Of a stretch of 63,427 bases of DNA, positions 58,274 through 63,427 are shown one piece after another. Source of the DNA: a virus (Duplodnaviria; Heunggongvirae; Uroviricota; Caudoviricetes); IMG/VR virus record IMGVR_UViG_3300011008_000006; one strand, 5' to 3'. The position numbers and the translations under genes are program-made. Under the pieces are notes generated by a model, which saw only the letters and a program-made list of their open reading frames with translations, was not told the origin of the DNA and did not search any database. Each line of letters begins with the position of its first letter. Positions within the stretch are counted from its first letter, which is position 1.

Positions 58274-58501
58274 TTAACTGTCCATTGTAATGGATTCCAT
58301 ACGCCATATACCTTTGTCTGTGGTAAAAGTGATAAGAGTTGGACAATGTGTTGTATAATTTAATTGAGTTTCATTACAAATGGTTCGATATTGATGATAT
58401 GCTTCCATTGCTTTATATAAAGAAGAATATACGCCCCATACGCCAGTAATAAGATTGCCGAATTCATTATTCTTTTCGAGTGACAAAACCCAAACTTTCA
58501 T
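58274..58501 (-). CDS. small protein (VW...GVYSSxxxA family)
   Basis: start MKVWVLS after AAGGAG. Confidence 0.75.
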   Translation of the reverse strand: MKVWVLSLEKNNEFGNLITGVWGVYSSLYKAMEAYHQYRTICNETQLNYTTHCPTLITFTTDKGIWRMESITMDS

Positions 58502-58756
58502 TTTTATTTCTCCTTTACATCTCAAAGTAGTCTTTAATTTTTTCACCGATTGTCTTTCCCGTACTTACGGAAATAATAATCCATACTGCTATGATTGCTA
58601 CAATTGCTACCATTGTCCTCTCTCCTTTCAATAGTAGTATAACACAGTATATATTATTTGTCAAGGGGTTTTTAAAAATTTTTTACGGGCCGGCCCGAGT
58701 TAGTGATGTCTAACTCATAGGGCAAAGAAAAGCCCACCTTTGCGGTGGGCAATTCC

Positions 58757-59086
58757 TTACGCTTTACGGTACTGGTTGGGCTGACCTTCAACCTTGACCA
58801 CTTCATCCTTCCAGTAGTTCAGCAGACCATACTGAATCTTGGACTTAGAGAAGCCATCGGGCAGAGTATCAGCGCAGGCATCGTAGATTTCCTGCACAGT
58901 CATCAGACACGAGGTCATCACAGCCATAACGGCATCGTGGGCTTCGGCGTAAGCATCGCGGTTAGCCTGCGCTTTGGCTTCACCCTTGGACAGTTCATTT
59001 TCCAGCTCCGCTTTCAGTTCGGACAGGTTGGCAACAGTTTCACCGTTCAGGTAGGCAATCAGGGACTTCATGGTGGCTTTCTTCAT
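58757..59086 (-). CDS. winged-helix-like small protein, paralog 3
   Basis: MTVQEIY...LPDGFSKSKIQYGL...WKDEVVKVEGQPNQY; terminator GCCCACC/GGTGGGC. Confidence 0.85.
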   Translation of the reverse strand: MKKATMKSLIAYLNGETVANLSELKAELENELSKGEAKAQANRDAYAEAHDAVMAVMTSCLMTVQEIYDACADTLPDGFSKSKIQYGLLNYWKDEVVKVEGQPNQYRKA

Positions 59087-59187
59087 AGTGGTATCCTTTC
59101 TGGTTTTTAGGACTTTTCCTTGTCCTTTGTGTATTCATTATAGCACAATTTGTGCTTAATGTCAAGAGATAATTTTGTTAAGTTTTT

Positions 59188-59298
59188 GTTACAAGGGAGA
59201 GGATTGCGGTCTGTATAGGTTAAGATTGAATCTTCCCGCAGAGTTTTTCCGACTTACCTCCTTATGCCGTGTCACACGGCGTCCTCTCCCTTGGAACA
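59188..59298 (-). ncRNA. putative small structured RNA
   Basis: promoter upstream; 16-bp terminal stem GTTCCAAGGGAGAGGA/TCCTCTCCCTTGTAAC (1 mismatch); GCCGTG/CACGGC hairpin. Confidence 0.65.
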
Positions 59299-59392
59299 AT
59301 TATATAATACCATAAATTTTATAGTTTGTCAACTACTTTTTGAAAAAAATAATTATAAATTTTTTTTGCATAAATTTGCGGGCCGGCCAGAA

Positions 59393-59650
59393 AAAAGCCT
59401 TGAGGGACGCTTTCTTCAGAAGTGCGTTTCAGAGGGCTTTTATTGGGAGAGGTCTTCACGAGATGAATCCCTGCCTATTTCAGTCTCCCGCAGGTGCTGC
59501 CTTGACATTTGAGCTTTCGCCCCAGCGCTCGCCACACTGTATACCGCACCATCTCGCTCTTTCGGCGTGCGGTAGGTTTCATTGGGATGGGTCTTACAGA
59601 CTCGCGTGGGTCACACCGTTTCTTGGCTTTGCCCTCCCTCGACCGTGATA
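59393..59650 (-). ncRNA. putative ~255-nt structured RNA
   Basis: TTGACT-17-TATACT promoter; GAGGGA/TCCCTC and GAGGGC/GCCCTC long-range pairs; TACCGCAC/GTGCGGTA stem; GAAA loops; ends in a T-run at a GGCCGGCC junction. Confidence 0.6.
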
Positions 59651-59917
59651 TAAGTATATCACAAGACAAGTAAAAAGTCAATACATTTTTTTTGATTTAA
59701 TAATTTTGTAACAATTTCGGCGGGCCGGCCCGAAATGGTCACCGCAAGATGACCATTTTGACGATCCAGTGATATCGAGAGAGATTAGTACGCAGTTCCG
59801 CGGCTTCCGCGGCTTCTTCGTAAGTATTATAATATTTCATGCCTTCCATGCCCGTTTCTTTACATACGATTTTGTACATAGTCATTTTTCTCCCTCCTTT
59901 TACATTCTTATTATATC

Positions 59918-60100
59918 TTAATTTTCATTTTTTGTCAAGTCTTTTTGAATGGCACGATTAAAAATTTTTCTTTCTTGTCTATGCAAGATTTTTTTAAGTC
60001 TACGCCGCGCGGGTGTGGATTGATCCACAATACCACGGTAGCCCTTGTCCATATCCCATGCAGCCATATTAGAATATTTTTTGTAGCTTGCTCGTGTCAT
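59918..60100 (-). CDS. small basic protein
   Basis: 60 aa, AGGAGG RBS, own promoter. Confidence 0.7.
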   Translation of the reverse strand: MTRASYKKYSNMAAWDMDKGYRGIVDQSTPARRRLKKILHRQERKIFNRAIQKDLTKNEN

Positions 60101-60147
60101 TGTTAACCCTCCTTACATTCTTATTATATCATAGTTGGCGTAGCTTG

Positions 60148-60600
60148 TCAAGCTACTGCCAACATTTTCCGCAGGATTTTTTCGTTGGTCAGTTCGGCAT
60201 TGTCGAGCTTCACCTGCACCTGTTCACCGTTCAGCTCTACATCGCCCGCCACGTTGAAGGGCACGCTGTCTTTTGTCCAGGTCATACCAGCCACCCGTTC
60301 AGTGATGACTTTCTCAAAGTTTTCGCCCTTGTTGTATTTGGTGTCAGCTTCCAGCAGGTCAGCAGAGCCAAGCAGGGTAGCCACGGCGGTCAGCTCGCGC
60401 CGTTCGTCAGCGGTCAGGCGGATACGGATTTTAGCAAAACCGCCACGCTTGGAGCTCGCACGGTCAAGCTTGAAGTACACAGCCAACTGGGCGAAAGTCA
60501 GCTTGACAAAGTACAGCTTGCCATCACACACAAAACCCAAAATATAGGTATGGGCCGCGCTCCAACGCTCGTACATGGTCATCATTTCCTGCTTGCTCAT
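60148..60600 (-). CDS. hypothetical protein with a PD-(D/E)XK-like motif
   Basis: start MSKQEMM; NKGENFE...GDVELNGEQVQVK; GC-rich codons; own promoter. Confidence 0.75.
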   Translation of the reverse strand: MSKQEMMTMYERWSAAHTYILGFVCDGKLYFVKLTFAQLAVYFKLDRASSKRGGFAKIRIRLTADERRELTAVATLLGSADLLEADTKYNKGENFEKVITERVAGMTWTKDSVPFNVAGDVELNGEQVQVKLDNAELTNEKILRKMLAVA

Positions 60601-60674
60601 CCGGGACACCTTCCTTTCCTTTCCCTTTGGGACACCTCTATTATACCACATCCGGCGCGAAAGTCAAGCTTTTT

Positions 60675-60870
60675 TTGTTACAATTCTGTTACAATTTTAT
60701 TAACAAATTATGAACTATTCCAGCCCAGCCGTAACACTTTTGTAATATTTTTGTAATAATTTGTAACATTTTTATAATACTTTTGTAACAAATTCGTAAC
60801 ATTTTTGTAATAAATTCGTAACAAAAAGTTCATAAAAATGTAATAAATTTGTAACACTTTTGTAACATTT
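60675..60870. repeat. ~11-bp-period GTAACA/GTAATA tandem array
   Basis: about 12 TTGTAA(C/T)A units at 60730-60870 and inverted TGTTACAA units at 60675-60700. Confidence 0.85.
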
Positions 60871-61410
60871 ACCCCTTGACAAGTTGCCTTCGGTGTGGTA
60901 AAATGTTAGTGGTGGAAGAGGGCCACGCTATACTGGCCGGCCAGTATATTTGATTAAAGGTATTTTCACACTTTAATGCGTTAAAGTGCTCAGGCCGGTC
61001 CTTTTATATTGGATCAAAGTTAGTTATAACTAACTAGACTGGCCGATATATTTGATCAAAGGTATATTTGCGTACTTTAATACTTTAATACGTTAAAGTA
61101 TTCGCCCGGCCCGCCTGGAGGATGTATATTCTGGTACCATTTTCTTGACTTTTCGACTCTAAGCGATTTTCTCGCAATCCATCAACCGGCCGGTTAATAG
61201 TTATAACAAAAATGGCTTAGAATTGAAAAGTCAAAGAAAGTCAAACTCCGGCCGGCCAGAAAATAGTTAGATATATCTAACTAGTGTCTAGTCTCCTCCT
61301 GATCCTACCCAACCTCTCTCCGGTCTCCCCGGTGTCCTCGACTGTGATTATATTATAGCATGGCCGGCCGGATTTGTCAAGGGGTTTTTGAAATTTTTTT
61401 TAAAAAAAAT

Positions 61411-61535
61411 AAGGATCGCGGTCTTACCTGTCCGATCCTTCTGCCTAAGAGGAACCCTGATCTCACCGACTCTGGCAGGGCTGCTTCTTGTTTTTCTTCG
61501 GCCTCTTAGTGGTCTACTTGGTTTCCCTTTCGACA
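61411..61535 (-). ncRNA. putative small structured RNA
   Basis: TTGACT promoter at ~61569; CTAAGAGG/CCTCTTAG stem; terminal AAGGATCG/CGATCCTT hairpin + T-run containing AGACCGC. Confidence 0.55.
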
Positions 61536-61539
61536 TTAT

Positions 61540-61647
61540 TATTCTATCATAGTATAGGGTAAAAGTCAAGGGTTTTTTGAAAATTTTTTTGAAAAAGTTT
61601 TTTTCAAAAAAGTGTTGACAAGTGTGCCGGTGTATGGTATACTATAA
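61540..61647. promoter_or_regulatory. divergent SigA-type promoter pair where the cassette array changes strand
   Basis: minus-strand TTGACT...TAGAAT and plus-strand TTGACA(61615)-17-TATACT, separated by A/T tracts. Confidence 0.8.
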
Positions 61648-61692
61648 CCGTAAAAGGGAAAGGAAAATCCCAAACACCAGAAAGGGAACACC

Positions 61693-61842
61693 ATGGAGAT
61701 CAAGAAGCTGTATGTCGTCATTCTGAACAACGGCGAAAAGCACTATTTTGCTACTGAATGCGATCGTAACTATTATCTCAACCGCCTTCCTGATTATCTT
61801 CATATCACCGCAAAAACTTCTGAAATTGTTCTTGATGCTTGA
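61693..61842 (+). CDS. small hypothetical protein (49 aa)
   Basis: MEIKKLYVVILNNGEKHYFATECDR...; conserved leader + RBS; hairpin after the stop. Confidence 0.7.
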   Translation: MEIKKLYVVILNNGEKHYFATECDRNYYLNRLPDYLHITAKTSEIVLDA

Positions 61843-61960
61843 AAAAGCATCAAGAGCAACCAAAAAATTTTTGAAAAATCTATTGACAAGCAAATTCGGC
61901 TATGATATAATAAGACTATCGAAGGGAAGGAAAACCCCACAAACCAGAAAGGATAAAACG

Positions 61961-62122
61961 ATGAAAGAATATTTATTTGCTATTATTATTTTGTGCTGGC
62001 TATTTTGTGGTTTTATGGGAATTATGTATTGTAAAGATGACAAAACTAACTGGTGGATGATTGTTTTTTCTGGTATGGTCGTGCCTATTGCTTTTATTGC
62101 TGAATTTTGTGGGTTGTTATAA
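61961..62122 (+). CDS. small membrane protein (53 aa)
   Basis: MKEYLFAIIILCWLFCG...; two hydrophobic segments; promoter and conserved leader. Confidence 0.7.
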   Translation: MKEYLFAIIILCWLFCGFMGIMYCKDDKTNWWMIVFSGMVVPIAFIAEFCGLL

Positions 62123-62193
62123 AAATCAAAAAAGTGTTGACAAATGTTTTCCGATGTGTTATAATATGGCTGTAAAAAGGAAAGGGGATCACA

Positions 62194-62505
62194 GTGATGA
62201 TTAACACGCGGACGATTAAAAATCTCAAAAATAACGATGGATTGACTTTGAAGAATGGTCGGAAAATCACTTACAAAAGTGGCTGGCAAGTTGCTACGGA
62301 AGGCGTAGAATGCCATACAGTTGAAGAGACTATGCGCGCGATTAAAGCGTATAATGGAAATTGTGGCATCTGGTTTTCTGATGGCGTGTATTATGTAGAT
62401 AAGTCGCACCGCGTCAATACTAAACGCGACGCCTTGCGGATTGGCAAAGAGTGCAACCAAATTTCCGTTTTACGGTGGCGTGATCTGGGTTTAGTATATT
62501 GCTAA
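62194..62505 (+). CDS. hypothetical protein
   Basis: 103 aa; TTGACA-17-TATAAT promoter; terminator-like hairpin at ~62531-62558. Confidence 0.8.
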   Translation: MMINTRTIKNLKNNDGLTLKNGRKITYKSGWQVATEGVECHTVEETMRAIKAYNGNCGIWFSDGVYYVDKSHRVNTKRDALRIGKECNQISVLRWRDLGLVYC

Positions 62506-62713
62506 AATTTTCAAAAAGTATTGAAGGCTGGCGCTCTCCGCGTGAGAGTGTCTTTTTTCTGGCCGGCCAGAAATTGATTGAAAATAACTACTGGCCGGCC
62601 CGCTGCTTTAGTACACTAAAGTAATAAAGTAAAAAATTTTTTTAAAAAAGAGGTTGACAACCGGCGCGATGTATGTTATAATAAGACTGTAAGAAAGAAA
62701 GGGAGGGAAAACA

Positions 62714-62845
62714 ATGTTTGAGATTTATGACATCAATTCCGGTCTGGTGCTCCTCGGTGGTTTCACCACTACCGCTGCGGCGCGGAAAGCCGCGTTCCTG
62801 ATCTTCCCTGACCGCATGTGGTCGGTGCGGATCACCAAGGCGTAA
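62714..62845 (+). CDS. small hypothetical protein (43 aa)
   Basis: MFEIYDINSGLVLLGGFTTTAAARKAA...; GGAGG RBS; consensus promoter. Confidence 0.7.
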   Translation: MFEIYDINSGLVLLGGFTTTAAARKAAFLIFPDRMWSVRITKA

Positions 62846-62933
62846 AGCCTTGAAAAAAATTTTTAAAAAGTGTTGACAACCGGACAAACTTATGCTATAA
62901 TAAGACCATAAAGAAGAAAGGAAGGGCAAGACA

Positions 62934-63119
62934 ATGGAAAAATGGATCGTAGTAGAGTTTAATGACATGGGTGACGCGCGTGTAGTTAGTGCAAGATATG
63001 ACACTTGGGAAGACGCCTGTAAAGTACAGAATGCGATGGAAATGCTTCATTGTGAAAATGCTTATATGATTTATACCGAAGACGAGTGGCAGTGGAATAA
63101 GCAGATGGGGTGGTATTAA
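62934..63119 (+). CDS. small hypothetical protein
   Basis: 61 aa; consensus promoter; RYDTWEDA motif. Confidence 0.75.
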   Translation: MEKWIVVEFNDMGDARVVSARYDTWEDACKVQNAMEMLHCENAYMIYTEDEWQWNKQMGWY

Positions 63120-63224
63120 TACCACCCTATTTTTTTAAAAAAATTTTTTCAAAAAGTGTTGACATTTATGCCGGCATATGCTATAATAAGACCGTGAAAA
63201 GGGAAAGGAAAGGGAGGAAGAAAG

Positions 63225-63320
63225 ATGACTACTTGGTACGATTATGCGGAAAGCTTCGCTGATGACTATGAGGAAATGATCGCTTTGGAAAAGGTGCTGG
63301 CGGAGGAAGAAGGGAAATGA
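63225..63320 (+). CDS. acidic peptide (31 aa)
   Basis: MTTWYDYAESFADDYEEMIALEKVLAEEEGK; GGAGG RBS; consensus promoter; terminator AAGAAGGGA/TCCCTTCTT + T-run. Confidence 0.65.
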   Translation: MTTWYDYAESFADDYEEMIALEKVLAEEEGK

Positions 63321-63427
63321 TCCCTTCTTTTTTTTTATGTACTACTTTAGTGCTTTAGTGTACTAAAGTATTTGCCCGGCCGGCCCGTTTATGATAGATC
63401 CGGCCCGCTATATGCCATTCTAAGCCA

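Larger units (their letters stand above)
50310..63385. repeat. dispersed GGCCGGCC palindrome (often CGGGCCGGCCCG) marking cassette junctions
   Basis: exact copies at 50310, 50566, 51299, 51882, 52607, 52989, 53836, 54813, 55612, 56426, 56810, 57695, 58261, 58688, 59381, 59723, 60935, 61250, 61362, 62561, 62593, 63378; variant at 57365. Confidence 0.95.

Noticed and set aside
53082..60756. Opposite-strand or alternate-frame ORFs over GC-rich cassette genes (53082, 53123, 54068, 56795, 58745, 60088, 60185)
   Set aside because: By-products of biased codon usage in the real genes; no promoter/RBS support.
51891..61282. Classical integron attC sites
   Set aside because: GTTAG/CTAAC resemble integron core sites, but the order is reversed (GTT before AAC), they are only 6 bp apart, the cassettes carry their own promoters, and no integrase is in the window.
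50310..63385. CRISPR array
   Set aside because: Repeats are only 8-18 bp and are separated by 0.3-1 kb of promoter-bearing genes; no cas genes seen.

Overview
This is a 63-kb piece of a large, AT-rich tailed phage genome. SigA-type promoters, AGGAGG RBSs and SpoIID/spore-associated genes point to a Firmicutes/Clostridia host. The phage reassigns TAG to a sense codon, almost certainly Gln (genetic code 15). The fragmented ORFs of the supplied track join in frame into long genes that end only at TAA/TGA. Layout: (1) 1-39.5 kb is a minus-strand virion module with tail fibres/adhesins, LamG, LRR, YadA-like and peptidase-G2 domains and a ~2,765-aa giant protein with a CotH-kinase-like segment. (2) 39.7-41.2 kb is a SpoIID + NlpC/P60 + PG-binding endolysin. 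(3) 41.3-47.9 kb holds small accessory ORFs. (4) 48.3-50.4 kb has an origin-like region and a recoded SF2 helicase. (5) 50.3-63.4 kb is an unusual cassette array that appears free of in-frame TAG. Its small genes and at least nine non-coding units each have their own near-consensus promoter. They are punctuated by 22 GGCCGGCC palindromes, nine AGTTAG-N6-CTAACT dyads and nine covarying leader hairpins. Three paralogous winged-helix-like proteins each lie directly downstream of small structured RNAs, and one is followed by a tRNA-like element with CUA in its loop. This cassette/sRNA array is the best candidate for an undescribed system. All domain calls are by eye, with no database searches.
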